Shown one piece after another: positions 18,546 through 28,045 of a stretch of DNA of 64,000 bases (the first letter of the stretch is position 1; every line of letters starts with the position of its first letter). The notes under the pieces are model-generated. The model searched no databases and was not told the origin of the DNA. It was given only the letters and a program-made list of their open reading frames with translations. The position numbers were made by a program, and so were the translations under genes. The stretch comes from an uncultured Candidatus Rokubacteria bacterium (GTDB lineage Bacteria; Methylomirabilota; Methylomirabilia; Rokubacteriales; DASRDR01): contig CAWGVS010000006.1 in the NCBI GenBank assembly GCA_963826115.1, forward strand, positions 1,056,001-1,120,000. Direction: 5' to 3'.

Positions 18546-19598
18546 CTACGGAGCGGGCCGGGTCGCCGCCTGCCGCACCCAGTCGTCGAACGGCCCGGAG
18601 ATGCGGACCACCTCGTTCAAGAGCCACATGGACCGCGAGACCAGGACCAGGAACAGGTCGCCCGCGATCCCGGCCTTGCGGGTCTCCGGCGTGACCGGCG
18701 CGAACGCCAGCGCGCGGAGGAACGTGCCGTCGCGCGAGGTGGCGAAGTCGAGGCGGCGGCCGTCCGGCGTGACCGCGAAGAGCTGCCCCGTCCGTCGCTG
18801 GACCACGAAGAGGGCACCCCCCGGGCTCTGCGACAGGCCAGCCGGCAGGGGACCCTGGAGGACGGAGCGCGTCTGGCCGTCGGGCGTGACGCGCCAGATC
18901 TCGCCGCTGCCCGAGCCGAACGGCGTCTCGGCCGTTCCGTCGCCTCCGACCCAGAGCGCCCCGGCCTCGTCCATGACCAGCATGCGGGGACGCAGGAGCG
19001 AGGCGTGCCGGGCGTTCACGACGGTGCCGCGCGCGTCGAGGCGCACGATCGCGCCCTGCTCGCGGTCGGTCACGTAGACGTCGCCCGCGGCGTCGACCGC
19101 CACCCCTTCGGGGTGACGCAGGAGCGGCTCCCCGCCTGCCGGCGGCCGGCCGCCCGCGAAGAGCACGGGCTTGCCGTCGAGGAACCGGTAGAGCGCCCCG
19201 AGCCGCCGCTCGCGGTCGTACGTCGTCACCCACACGGCGCCCCGGGCCGACACCGCTCCGATCTGCGGATTCGGGAGCGGAGGTCCGTAGAGGAAGCGCG
19301 CCTCGGTGTCGGGCGTGATGCGCCCGCCCCCCGCCGGGACCCGGTAGATGGCCCACAGGTCCTCGACGTCGCCCGTGCGGAAGCGCGCCCCCGTCCGCGA
19401 CAGGTAGAGCGTGCCGGTGGGGTCGATGGCGAGCGTCCCCACCGCCGGGATCCCGTTGACGCCGCGCTCGCCGGCGCTGTCGAATCCCTGTCCCGTCACG
19501 TACACCTCGGACGTGAACCCGGGCGGCAGCCCGAGCTCGGCGCCGGCGGGAGAGACGACCAGCAGGACGATCGCGAGGAGACCGAGCCAGACCGTCAT
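18546..19598 (-). CDS. Secreted beta-propeller protein (NHL/SMP-30/gluconolactonase-like)
   Basis: Signal peptide MTVWLGLLAIVLLVVSPAGA and repeated P.G.AVD..G.VYV blades. GGAGG RBS upstream. Confidence 0.75.
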   Translation of the reverse strand: MTVWLGLLAIVLLVVSPAGAELGLPPGFTSEVYVTGQGFDSAGERGVNGIPAVGTLAIDPTGTLYLSRTGARFRTGDVEDLWAIYRVPAGGGRITPDTEARFLYGPPLPNPQIGAVSARGAVWVTTYDRERRLGALYRFLDGKPVLFAGGRPPAGGEPLLRHPEGVAVDAAGDVYVTDREQGAIVRLDARGTVVNARHASLLRPRMLVMDEAGALWVGGDGTAETPFGSGSGEIWRVTPDGQTRSVLQGPLPAGLSQSPGGALFVVQRRTGQLFAVTPDGRRLDFATSRDGTFLRALAFAPVTPETRKAGIAGDLFLVLVSRSMWLLNEVVRISGPFDDWVRQAATRPAP

Positions 19599-19731
19599 CC
19601 GGATCCTCCTGGCGTGCGCCGCTGTGGCTCGCGGCGTGGGAGTCGCGCGACGACCTGCGGCGAGTATACCCCGTCGCGCGGAGGTCGCGGGGTAGGATGG
19701 GGCGGCGCGCTCAGGCCCGCCGAGGGAGGAC

Positions 19732-21297
19732 TTGCCCGTGACCGCATCGAAGTCCCTGTCCGTGACCGGCGCCGCGAGCGCTGCCGCAACGCGCGCCCAT
19801 GCCGATCGCCGCGCCGCGGGAGACGGCGCGTACCGGGCGCTCGGCCGCACCGGGCTCACCGTCTCCTGCCTGGGCTTCGGCGGATACCGCGTGAACGACG
19901 AGAGCCCCGTCCACCGTGGTGCCCTCGAGCGGGCGTTCGCGGCCGGCGTGAATCTCGTCGACACGTCGACGAACTACACCGACGGCGGGAGCGAGCGGCT
20001 GATAGGGCGTGTCGTCGGCGAGGCGGTCCGGCGAGGCCGGATCGCCCGCGAGGAGCTCGTCGTCGTGTCGAAGATCGGCTACGTGCAGGGCGGGAACCTC
20101 GCCCTCGCCCGGGAGCGCGAGGCCGCGGGCCGTCCCTTCCCCGAGATGGTGCTCTACCAGCCGGACTGCTGGCACTGCATCCATCCGGAGTTCCTCGAGG
20201 ACCAGCTGGCGCGCTCCCTCGAGCGGCTCGGTCTCGAGACGCTCGACGTGTGCCTGCTCCACAACCCCGAGTACTTCCTGTCCGATGCCGCCCACTCCGG
20301 GGGTGACGGCGTCGAGTCGGTCCGTGACGAGTTCTACCGCCGGCTCGAGGCCGCCTTCCGGTTCTTCGAGGAGCGGGTGGCCGCCGGGAGCCTCCGGTGG
20401 TACGGCGTCTCGTCGAACACCGTGGCGCGTCCGGAGAGCGACCCCGAGGTGACGAGCCTCGCGCGGATGCTGGCGGCGGCGCGGGCGGCCGGGGGCCCGG
20501 GTCACCACTTCGGGGTCCTCCAGCTCCCGATGAACCTCTTCGAGGCGGGGGGTGTCCTCGAGCCGAACGGCCCGCCCGTCTCGAGCGGGGTACGCCGGAC
20601 CGTCCTCGAGCTCGCGTCGGCCGAGGCGGTCGGCGTCCTGGTCAATCGCCCGCTCAATGCCGTCGTGGGACGCGGGATGGTGCGTCTCGCGGACTTCCCC
20701 GACGCGCCCGCCGGCGCCGTCGACCGCCAGCTGGACGCGGTCCGGAATCTCGAGGCGGAGTACCGGAAGGAGATCGCCGCCCAACTCCGCGTCGGGCCCA
20801 ACAGCGACAAGCCGGAGAACTTCCTCCGCTGGGCGGATCAGCTCGACGGCGTCCGGGACCGGATTGCCGGCGTGACGTACTGGGAGTCGATCGAGTGGCA
20901 GGTGCGCGGTCTCACCGCGCGCGTGGGCGACGCCTTGGACGCGGGGATCAAGGGCGAGCTGGCCGTTCGCTGGCGCGCGTGGCGCGATCGCTACCTTCCC
21001 GAGCTCGAGCGGCTGCTCGACGGGTTCCGGGCGGAAGCGGGCCGTCGGAGCCAGCCGCAGAGCCGCGCTGTCGCCGCCGCCCTCGACCCCTTGCTGCCGC
21101 CCGAGCGGCGCGGCGCGGGACTCTCGGGGAAGGCCCTCTGGACCCTCGTCAGCACGCCCGGCGTCACCGCGGCGCTCGTCGGGATGCGCCGACCGGCGTA
21201 CGTGGAGGACGCGACCGGCATCCTTGGATGGCCGCCCCTCGCCGACCCTCGCCGGGTCTACGAGGCGCTGCGCGACCTCCGTCTTCCGGGAGACTGA
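19732..21297 (+). CDS. Aldo/keto reductase family protein with a long C-terminal helical insertion
   Basis: LGRTGL.VS.LGFG, DTS.NY.DG.SE, VVSKIG, SLERL...DV.LLHNP and GVSSN motifs. Confidence 0.85.
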   Translation: MPVTASKSLSVTGAASAAATRAHADRRAAGDGAYRALGRTGLTVSCLGFGGYRVNDESPVHRGALERAFAAGVNLVDTSTNYTDGGSERLIGRVVGEAVRRGRIAREELVVVSKIGYVQGGNLALAREREAAGRPFPEMVLYQPDCWHCIHPEFLEDQLARSLERLGLETLDVCLLHNPEYFLSDAAHSGGDGVESVRDEFYRRLEAAFRFFEERVAAGSLRWYGVSSNTVARPESDPEVTSLARMLAAARAAGGPGHHFGVLQLPMNLFEAGGVLEPNGPPVSSGVRRTVLELASAEAVGVLVNRPLNAVVGRGMVRLADFPDAPAGAVDRQLDAVRNLEAEYRKEIAAQLRVGPNSDKPENFLRWADQLDGVRDRIAGVTYWESIEWQVRGLTARVGDALDAGIKGELAVRWRAWRDRYLPELERLLDGFRAEAGRRSQPQSRAVAAALDPLLPPERRGAGLSGKALWTLVSTPGVTAALVGMRRPAYVEDATGILGWPPLADPRRVYEALRDLRLPGD

Positions 21298-21322
21298 CGG
21301 GCGGCCCGGCCGTGGCCGGGCG

Positions 21323-22273
21323 TCAGCGCGGGACGGCGGCCTCCAGGCGCGGTCGGACCTCGGTCACGAACCGCGTCATCGACTCCCGGTCGTAGGGAGC
21401 CGGGAATCCGGCGAGGAGGTGCCGGTAGCCGGGCCCGATCTCGAGGTAGGGACGGATTGCGAGGGCGACCTCGTCGGGCGTGCCGACGGGCTGGTTGGTC
21501 CAGGGTCGCGCCCGCCCGTTCGCCTCGAACAGCCGCTCGAAGACCCGCTGGGCCTCGGCGCGGGAGTCGCGGATCACGACGGCGCCGACGACGGTCGTGC
21601 GCTCGATCTCGCGGTGGTCGCGCCCGACCGCGCGGCAGTGCTCCTGGAGGATCGCCTCCTTGCGCCGGACCGTATCGACGCCGCCGCCGATGTTGCACGC
21701 GTCCGCGTACCGCGCGACGAGCCGCAGCGTCACCTTCTCCCCGCCGCCGCCGATGAGGAGTGGGAGCCGCGCCTGGACGGGCGGGGGCAGGTTCCGGACG
21801 CCGCTCGTGTGATAGCGCGTGCCGCCGGCGCTCGGCGCCTCGCCGCGGAGCATTCCGCGCAGCACCGGGAGCGCCTCGGCGAGCCACCGGAGCCGCTCGG
21901 GCGCGCCGGACCCGAAGGGCAGCCCGAAGGCCCGGTGCTCCTCCTCGAACCAGGCCGCGCCGATCCCGAGGATGGCCCTCCCGCCCGAGATGTGGTCGAG
22001 CGTGGTCGCCATCTTCGCGGTCAGCGCGGGCTCGCGGAACGTGTTGGCCGAGACCATGAGCCCGATCCGGACACGTGTGGTGGCCTGCGCCCAGGCGGCG
22101 AGCGTCATCCAGCCCTCGTGGATCGGCCCGTTGGAGTCGCCGACGACCGGGTAGAGGTGGTCCCAGGTCCAGAGGGAGTCGTAGCCCAGCTGGTCCGCCT
22201 CTCGCCCCGCCTCGAGGAGCGCGGGCCAGGCTGCGTACTGGTTCCAGCAGATCGCGCCGATCCGGATCGTCAC
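21323..22273 (-). CDS. LLM-class flavin/F420-dependent oxidoreductase
   Basis: YDSLWTWDH, AKMATTLDHISGGR.ILGIGAAW and IGGGGEK.TLR motifs. GTG start at 22273. Confidence 0.9.
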   Translation of the reverse strand: MTIRIGAICWNQYAAWPALLEAGREADQLGYDSLWTWDHLYPVVGDSNGPIHEGWMTLAAWAQATTRVRIGLMVSANTFREPALTAKMATTLDHISGGRAILGIGAAWFEEEHRAFGLPFGSGAPERLRWLAEALPVLRGMLRGEAPSAGGTRYHTSGVRNLPPPVQARLPLLIGGGGEKVTLRLVARYADACNIGGGVDTVRRKEAILQEHCRAVGRDHREIERTTVVGAVVIRDSRAEAQRVFERLFEANGRARPWTNQPVGTPDEVALAIRPYLEIGPGYRHLLAGFPAPYDRESMTRFVTEVRPRLEAAVPR

Positions 22274-23337
22274 GACTGGCCTCCGGCGAGCCCGAACGCC
22301 TCCGCGAGGAGCTCGTACGAGCGGAGCCGCGCCTTCGGGTCGTGAGTGATGGTGACGACGACGACCTCGTCCACGCCGTAGGCCGCGGCGAGCGCGCGCA
22401 GGCTCGCGCGCACCTGCTCGGGCGTGCCCGCCACCGTGCGCTGCCGTGCGTGCTCCACGATGGCCAGCTCGCGCGGCGAGTACGGGTAGCGCTCCGCCTC
22501 CTCGACGGAGGGGTAGGGACCCCCGCGGCCGGTGTAGAGCCGCACGATGAAGAGGTCGCGGCTCCGCGAGAGGCGCTGGGCCTCGGCCTCGGTGTCCGCG
22601 CACACCGCGAAGGCCGCGACGCTGGCGCGGGCCGCGCCGAGGAGCGGCGAGGGCCTGAACTGCCGCGCGTAGGCGCGCGTCACCGCCGCCCCGCCGTCGG
22701 CGTTGATGAAGTGCGCGAACGAGAAGGCCGTGCCGAAGTGCGCCGCGCAGGCGGCGCTCGAATCGGTCGACCCGAGGAGCCAGATCTCGGGCACGCCGTC
22801 GCCGGCGGGCATCGCGCGCACGGCGGCGAACTGATGCTCGGGCGGAAGGCGGTCGGTGAGGAAGCCGATGAGGTCGCCGACCTGGTCGGGGAAGCGCGCG
22901 ACCTCGCTCTCGGCCCACGGGTCGGGCACGCGGCCGCTCGCCCCGACGCCACGGCGGAGGGCGGCCGCCGTGCGCCCGTCGCTGCCCGGGGCGCGGCCGA
23001 CGCCGAGGTCGATGCGTCCCGGGTGAAGCGTCTCCAGCATCCGGAACTGCTCGGCCACCTTGAGCGCGCTGTAGTGGGTCAGCATGACGCCGCCGGAGCC
23101 GACGCGGATCCGGCGGGTCCGGGCCGCGACCTCCGCGATGAGGATCTCCGGCGAGGCGTCGGCCAGCCCCGGCGTCGAATGGTGCTCGGCGAGCCAGTAC
23201 CGGCGGTAGCCGAGCCGATCCGCGGCCTGCGCCAGCTCGAGAGTCTCGCGGATCGCGTCGGCGGGGGCCTGGCCCTCCCGGACGGGGGACTGGTCCAGGA
23301 CGCTCAGGGAGAGGGGCGTCGGCTCGTCGTCCGCCAC
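22270..23337 (-). CDS. LLM-class luciferase-like monooxygenase
   Basis: LSVLDQSP, YWLAEHH, GSGGVML.HYS.LKVAEQF and DLGVGRAPG motifs. Confidence 0.92.
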   Translation of the reverse strand: MADDEPTPLSLSVLDQSPVREGQAPADAIRETLELAQAADRLGYRRYWLAEHHSTPGLADASPEILIAEVAARTRRIRVGSGGVMLTHYSALKVAEQFRMLETLHPGRIDLGVGRAPGSDGRTAAALRRGVGASGRVPDPWAESEVARFPDQVGDLIGFLTDRLPPEHQFAAVRAMPAGDGVPEIWLLGSTDSSAACAAHFGTAFSFAHFINADGGAAVTRAYARQFRPSPLLGAARASVAAFAVCADTEAEAQRLSRSRDLFIVRLYTGRGGPYPSVEEAERYPYSPRELAIVEHARQRTVAGTPEQVRASLRALAAAYGVDEVVVVTITHDPKARLRSYELLAEAFGLAGGQS

Positions 23338-23392
23338 ACCACGAGTCTAGCGCGAGCCGGCGCGCGCGTCGCGGGCACGTCCCGCGCGGCGG

Positions 23393-23863
23393 CTAGGGCT
23401 GGCGCGGTCGCTCGAACTCGAGGTCGATCGCCTTCAGCCGCTCGAGCAGGCGATCGAATTCCGCCGCCCGCGCCGCGTACGCGCCGAGCGCGACGCGAAG
23501 CGCGCGCGCGTCCGAGGCGTGCGGGCTCGCCGGGTAGTCGCGCAGGAGCCGGTCGAGATGCGAGGCCGCCTGCCGGTACTCGCGACTGCCGGTCGAGCTC
23601 AGAACGATGGCGCGCGCCAGGTCGTAGAGCGCCTGGTCGTGGACGGGCGCGTCGGGGTAGCGCCGGACGACGTCCTCCAGGATCCGCGCCGCGGCCGCCG
23701 GATTTCCCTTGCGGACCTGCGCGTCGGCCTCGCGGACGAGCCGGTCCGCCTCCATCGACGACGTGAGGCGCGTCCACGGCGCCGCGCTGCAAGCCGACAG
23801 CGCGGCCAGCGCCACGGCCAGCGTCAGGCGCATCAGAGCCCGGGAGCGGTGACGACGTGACAT
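23393..23863 (-). CDS. Lipoprotein with BamD/TPR-like helical repeats
   Basis: Lipobox LSAC and repeated 'VVRRYP...A' / 'LLRDYP.S' TPR-like units. The start may instead be at 23833. Confidence 0.72.
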   Translation of the reverse strand: MSRRHRSRALMRLTLAVALAALSACSAAPWTRLTSSMEADRLVREADAQVRKGNPAAAARILEDVVRRYPDAPVHDQALYDLARAIVLSSTGSREYRQAASHLDRLLRDYPASPHASDARALRVALGAYAARAAEFDRLLERLKAIDLEFERPRQP

Positions 23864-23890
23864 CGGCAAACCCGTCCGGGCGGGAGTAGT

Positions 23891-23906
23891 ACAAGCGCCG
23901 TGCCAG
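23891..23906 (-). promoter_or_regulatory. Sigma54-like promoter CTGGCACGGCGCTTGT
   Basis: TGGCACG-N4-TTG, with GT instead of GC at -12. Lies 28 nt upstream of the lipoprotein gene. Confidence 0.5.
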
Positions 23907-24127
23907 TCGCCGTCGAGACGCGACGCCCCACGAAGGCGCCAACTTTCGCGAAGTTCCGACGTGTCGCCCGCCGCCGTCCGCCGCGGCGCGCCCCGTCGGG
24001 TGACGGAATGCGGCACACCCCTGACCGGGGAGGCCATCCTGGCGCGCTCGACCCCGACCGGCAGCCCGGTGGTCCCCTGGGTGCTAGACTCTCGGGTGGA
24101 TCGCGGCCCGCCGCGGTCCGGCACGGT

Positions 24128-25360
24128 ATGAGCACCCGTCGATCCGGCACCGTCCCGCCGAGCCGTCCCTCCGGGAGCCACTCCGGGGCTTCCGCGGCCC
24201 CGCCGCGTCGCGCGACGGCACGGGCGCGCCGACTCGTGCTCCTCGCCCTGCTCGGGGCCACCGTGGCAGCGACGTCGGTCGGTGCGCTCGCCCAGGGCGG
24301 GCCCACCCTCCGGCCCGTCGATCGGCCGTCGCTCCTCGACGACGGTGATCTCGACTCGCTCCGGGCCGCGGCGGCGCGGAGCCTCGAGTGGCTCGACCGG
24401 CAGCCCGGGGGGCGCGGGCTCCAGTTCGGCTCCCGCCGGATCACGACGGGGGACTACGCGGCGGGGCTCCGGCGGCTCGTCATGCTCCTCGCCGGGAGCC
24501 CGCCACCGGAGGTGCTCGAGGAGCGGGTCCTCGCGGAGTTCGACGTGCTGTCGAGCGTCGGTCGCGACGACGGCGCGGTCCTCCTGACGGGGTACCACGA
24601 GCCCGTGGTCGAGGTCTCGGAGCGACAGAGCGCCAAGTACTCGGTCCCCGTCCTCGGCCTGCCGGCGGACTTTGTCGGAGGCTGGCGAAACCTCCGCTAC
24701 CTGAGCCGCGCCGAGATCGAGGCGGGCCGTCTCGGCGCCGCGGCGCGTCCGCTGGCGTGGGCGCGCGACCCGATCGACGTCTTCTTCATGGAGGTGGAGG
24801 GCAGCGGCACCCTCCGGTTCCCGGGCGGGCGGGAGATGCGCGTCGGGCCCGCGGCGACGAACGGCTACCCGTACCGGTCGATCGGGCGGCTCCTCATCGA
24901 CGAGGGGCGCCTCACCGACGAGACGGTGTCGATGCACGCCATCCGTTCCTGGCTCATCGACAACCCGTCGGAGCGCGCGCGCGTCCTCCGGCACAACCAG
25001 TCGGTCGTCTTCTTCCGGCGGCTCGAGGGCCCGCCCCTCGGGAGCCTCGGCGTGCCGCTCACTCCGGCGCGGTCCATCGCGACCGACGCGCGGCTGTTCC
25101 CGGCCGGCGGGCTCGCGTTCGTGCGAACCGAGCGGCCGTCGCGGCTGCCGGACGGCCGCGTGGGCTGGAGTCCCGTCAGTCGCTTCATGTTCAACCAGGA
25201 TACCGGCGGGGCGATCCGCGGCGCGGGGCGGGTCGACGTGTTCTGGGGGCGGGGGAACGACGCCGAGCTGGCGGCGAGCGAGATGAAGCAGCTCGGCGAG
25301 CTGTACTTCCTCGTCCCCAAGGCGTCGCGCCGGGTCGTGGTGGCGCCCCCTCAGCCCTGA
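24128..25360 (+). CDS. mltA: Murein lytic transglycosylase MltA (paralog 1, no lipobox)
   Basis: TGYHEP, FFMEVEGSG, N.YPY.SIG, RSIATD and QDTGGAIRG.GRVD.FWG motifs. Confidence 0.88.
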   Translation: MSTRRSGTVPPSRPSGSHSGASAAPPRRATARARRLVLLALLGATVAATSVGALAQGGPTLRPVDRPSLLDDGDLDSLRAAAARSLEWLDRQPGGRGLQFGSRRITTGDYAAGLRRLVMLLAGSPPPEVLEERVLAEFDVLSSVGRDDGAVLLTGYHEPVVEVSERQSAKYSVPVLGLPADFVGGWRNLRYLSRAEIEAGRLGAAARPLAWARDPIDVFFMEVEGSGTLRFPGGREMRVGPAATNGYPYRSIGRLLIDEGRLTDETVSMHAIRSWLIDNPSERARVLRHNQSVVFFRRLEGPPLGSLGVPLTPARSIATDARLFPAGGLAFVRTERPSRLPDGRVGWSPVSRFMFNQDTGGAIRGAGRVDVFWGRGNDAELAASEMKQLGELYFLVPKASRRVVVAPPQP

Positions 25361-25413
25361 CGGACGGCGGGTCACGCGGGCGCCCGCCCGCCTCGGGGTA
25401 CAATCGCGTGGAG

Positions 25414-25923
25414 ATGGGATCTCTCGACGAGGCCGAGCGGGCGGCGGTCGCGGCGGCGGAGCGCCTCGGCGTCCCCTACGAGCTGATCCACTGCGAGCCC
25501 GAGTACGCGGATACCGCCGCCTTCTGCGCGCAGTACGGCTACCCGGTCGAGCGAGCCGCGAACACCCTCGTCGTCGCCTCGAAGAAGGAGCCCAAGAAGT
25601 ACGCGGCCTGCGTGGTTCTCGCCACCACGCGGCTCGACGTGAACCACGCGGTCCGCGACCTCATGGGCGTGACGAAGGTCTCGTTCGCCTCGCCGGAGGA
25701 GATGAATGGCCTGACCGGCATGCGGGTGGGGGGCGTCACCGCGTTCGGGCTCCCCGAGGGCCTGCCCCTCTACGTGGACTCGCGCGTGCTCGACCTCGAC
25801 TGGATCATCCTCGGTACCGGAGGGCGGAACGGCAAGGTCCGGATTGGGCCCGAGGTATTCCACCGGATCCCGGGGGTCAAGGTCGTCGAGGGGCTGGCGG
25901 TGCCGCTGCCGCCGCGGAGCTGA
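25414..25923 (+). CDS. YbaK/ProX-family aminoacyl-tRNA deacylase-like protein
   Basis: ADTAAFC, K.SFASPEE...TGM..GGVT.FGLP and G.GGR..K motifs. Confidence 0.82.
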   Translation: MGSLDEAERAAVAAAERLGVPYELIHCEPEYADTAAFCAQYGYPVERAANTLVVASKKEPKKYAACVVLATTRLDVNHAVRDLMGVTKVSFASPEEMNGLTGMRVGGVTAFGLPEGLPLYVDSRVLDLDWIILGTGGRNGKVRIGPEVFHRIPGVKVVEGLAVPLPPRS

Positions 25924-25927
25924 GCGC

Positions 25928-26212
25928 GTGGCCGGGGCCGGAGGGGTCCTGATCGTCGTGGGCCGCGACCAGGGCGAGCTCTACGAGTACTTTCGCTGGG
26001 GGCTTGGCCGGACGCCCGGCGTCGAGGTCGTCCTCGACCGCCGGCTCGGCGAGCGCCGCGGCCGGCGCGACGCCCACGGCCCGACGGCGGAGCGTCGCAA
26101 GTCCGACCGGCGGCGCACGGCCGCCACGCGCGCCGAGCTCCTCGCGCGCGGTTTCCTCATCGCACGGCGCGATCCGCGCGCCGGAGCGCGGGACTGGGAG
26201 GCGACTCGGTGA
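25928..26212 (+). CDS. Small hypothetical protein with DRR..ERR...ERR..DRR motifs
   Basis: LIVV.RDQ.ELYEY...VEVVLDRR.GERR...ERR.SDRR. Its stop overlaps the amidase start. Confidence 0.65.
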   Translation: MAGAGGVLIVVGRDQGELYEYFRWGLGRTPGVEVVLDRRLGERRGRRDAHGPTAERRKSDRRRTAATRAELLARGFLIARRDPRAGARDWEATR

Positions 26213-27606
26213 GCGACGCGGACCTCGGGTTCCTCGGCGTCTCGGAGCTCGGTCCCCGTCTCGCCGCGCGGTCGCTCTCGCCCGTCGAGCTCTGTGAGGC
26301 CCTCCTCCGGCGCTGCGAGCGCCTCGAGCCCACGCTGAACGCGTTCATCACGCTCGATCCCGCGCGGATCATGGCCGAGGCCAGGACCGCGGAGCGGGAG
26401 CTCTCGGCGGGGCGCCCCCGGGGCCCGCTCCACGGGGTGCCGGTCGCGGTGAAGGACCTCTGCTGGACGCGCGGCGAGCGCACGACCGGCGGGTCCAAGG
26501 TCTTCTCCGACTTCGTGCCGGACGAGGACGGGACGGTCGTCGCACGCCTGCGGGCGGCCGGCGCGATCATCTTCGGGAAGACGAACACGCCGGAGTTCGC
26601 CTACGGCCCGCTGAACGCGTACCACTACGGCCCCTCGCGGAACCCCTGGGACCCGACCCGCTTCACGGGGGGTTCGAGCATGGGCGCGGCGGCGGCGCTG
26701 GCCGGGGGACTGGTGCCCGGCGCGCTCGGGAGCGACACGGGCGGGTCGATCCGAGGCCCGGCGCACTGGTCGGGCGTCACGGGCCTCATGCCGACCTACG
26801 GGCGCGTCCCGCTCCGCGGGGTGGTGGCGCTGGCGACGACCCTCGACCACGTCGGGCCGATGACCCGGTCGGCCCTCGATGCCGCCCTGCTCCTCCAGGT
26901 GCTGGCCGGCCACGACCCGCTCGACGGGACGTCGGTCGACGTGGCGGTGCCCGACTTCGTCCACGAGGCCACGCGGCCGGTCGGGCGCCTCCGGGTGGCC
27001 GTGCCGCGCGGGTACCTCTGGGAGGTCCTCCCGTCGGCGATCGGCGAGGCCGTCGAGCGGGCGCTCGGCGAGCTCCGGCGGCTCGGCCTCGCGACGGAGG
27101 ACGTCGAGCTCCCGGAGTGGGAGGCGGCGGCCGAGGCGAGCCTCGTCCTCATCCGCTCCGAGGCCGCGACCGAGTACCGGAAGTTTCTCGAGGAGCGGCC
27201 CCAGGACCTCATCCCGGAGGTCCGCGAGCGCCTCGAGGCCGGGGTGCGCACGTCGGCCGTCGAGTACATCCAGGCGCGCCGCGCGTCCGAGCGCTTTGCC
27301 CACGCGCTGCGCCGCATCCTCGCCGGGGCCGACCTCGTCGCGCTGCCCGGGCGCGGCCAGACGGCCCCCCGGATGGACGAGAGCGGACGTCTTCTGGAGC
27401 CGCTGACTGTGCGGAACTACACGGCGCCCCTCAACTATCCCGGCGTCCCGGCCCTGACTGTCCCGTGCGGCTTCGACGCCCGGAGCCTTCCCATCGGCAT
27501 CCAGCTCGTCGCGGGGCACTGGCTCGAGGGTCGGCTGCTCGGAGTGGCGCACGCCTACCAGCAGGTGACGGACTGGCACCAGCGCCGCGCGCCGCTTGCC
27601 GGGTAG
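26209..27606 (+). CDS. Amidase signature family enzyme (GatA-like, stand-alone)
   Basis: HGVP.AVKD, GKTNTPEF, GGSS.G and GSDTGGSIR.PA motifs (Ser-cisSer-Lys triad). Confidence 0.92.
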   Translation: MSDADLGFLGVSELGPRLAARSLSPVELCEALLRRCERLEPTLNAFITLDPARIMAEARTAERELSAGRPRGPLHGVPVAVKDLCWTRGERTTGGSKVFSDFVPDEDGTVVARLRAAGAIIFGKTNTPEFAYGPLNAYHYGPSRNPWDPTRFTGGSSMGAAAALAGGLVPGALGSDTGGSIRGPAHWSGVTGLMPTYGRVPLRGVVALATTLDHVGPMTRSALDAALLLQVLAGHDPLDGTSVDVAVPDFVHEATRPVGRLRVAVPRGYLWEVLPSAIGEAVERALGELRRLGLATEDVELPEWEAAAEASLVLIRSEAATEYRKFLEERPQDLIPEVRERLEAGVRTSAVEYIQARRASERFAHALRRILAGADLVALPGRGQTAPRMDESGRLLEPLTVRNYTAPLNYPGVPALTVPCGFDARSLPIGIQLVAGHWLEGRLLGVAHAYQQVTDWHQRRAPLAG

Positions 27607-27616
27607 GGGGGTCGAG

Positions 27617-28045
27617 GTGACCAGCCCGTCCGGGGCCTGCTCCGCGTGCAGCGGCCGCTGGCCCGACGCGGAGGACCGGATCGCGGAGCTCTCGGAGAGC
27701 GTCCTCTATCTCCACACCGACCAGTTCTTTCCAGGTTGGTCGGTCCTCGTGCTGCGCCGGCACGCGACGGAGCTCTTCGATCTCGAGGCGGACGAGCGGG
27801 CGCGCGTCATGGACGAGGTGAGCGACGTCGCGCGGGCGCTCAAGCTCGAGTTCGGCGCCGGAAAGATGAACTACGCGCTGTTCGGCAACGTCCTCCCGCA
27901 CATCCACTGGCACCTGATTCCGCGGCTCGGGACGGACCCCGCGCCGCGCGATCCCGTCTTCGCCGTGGCGCACGAGCCGGTGACGCTGGCGCGGGTCGAG
28001 CGCGCCGATCGGATCCTCAAGATCCGCGCTCGCCTCGGCCGATGA
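27617..28045 (+). CDS. HIT family hydrolase
   Basis: N-terminal CxxC and PHIHWHLIPR histidine triad. Confidence 0.88.
   Translation: MTSPSGACSACSGRWPDAEDRIAELSESVLYLHTDQFFPGWSVLVLRRHATELFDLEADERARVMDEVSDVARALKLEFGAGKMNYALFGNVLPHIHWHLIPRLGTDPAPRDPVFAVAHEPVTLARVERADRILKIRARLGR

Noticed and set aside
26209-27606. gatA of the Glu-tRNA amidotransferase
   Set aside because: No gatB or gatC is adjacent, so it is treated as a stand-alone amidase.
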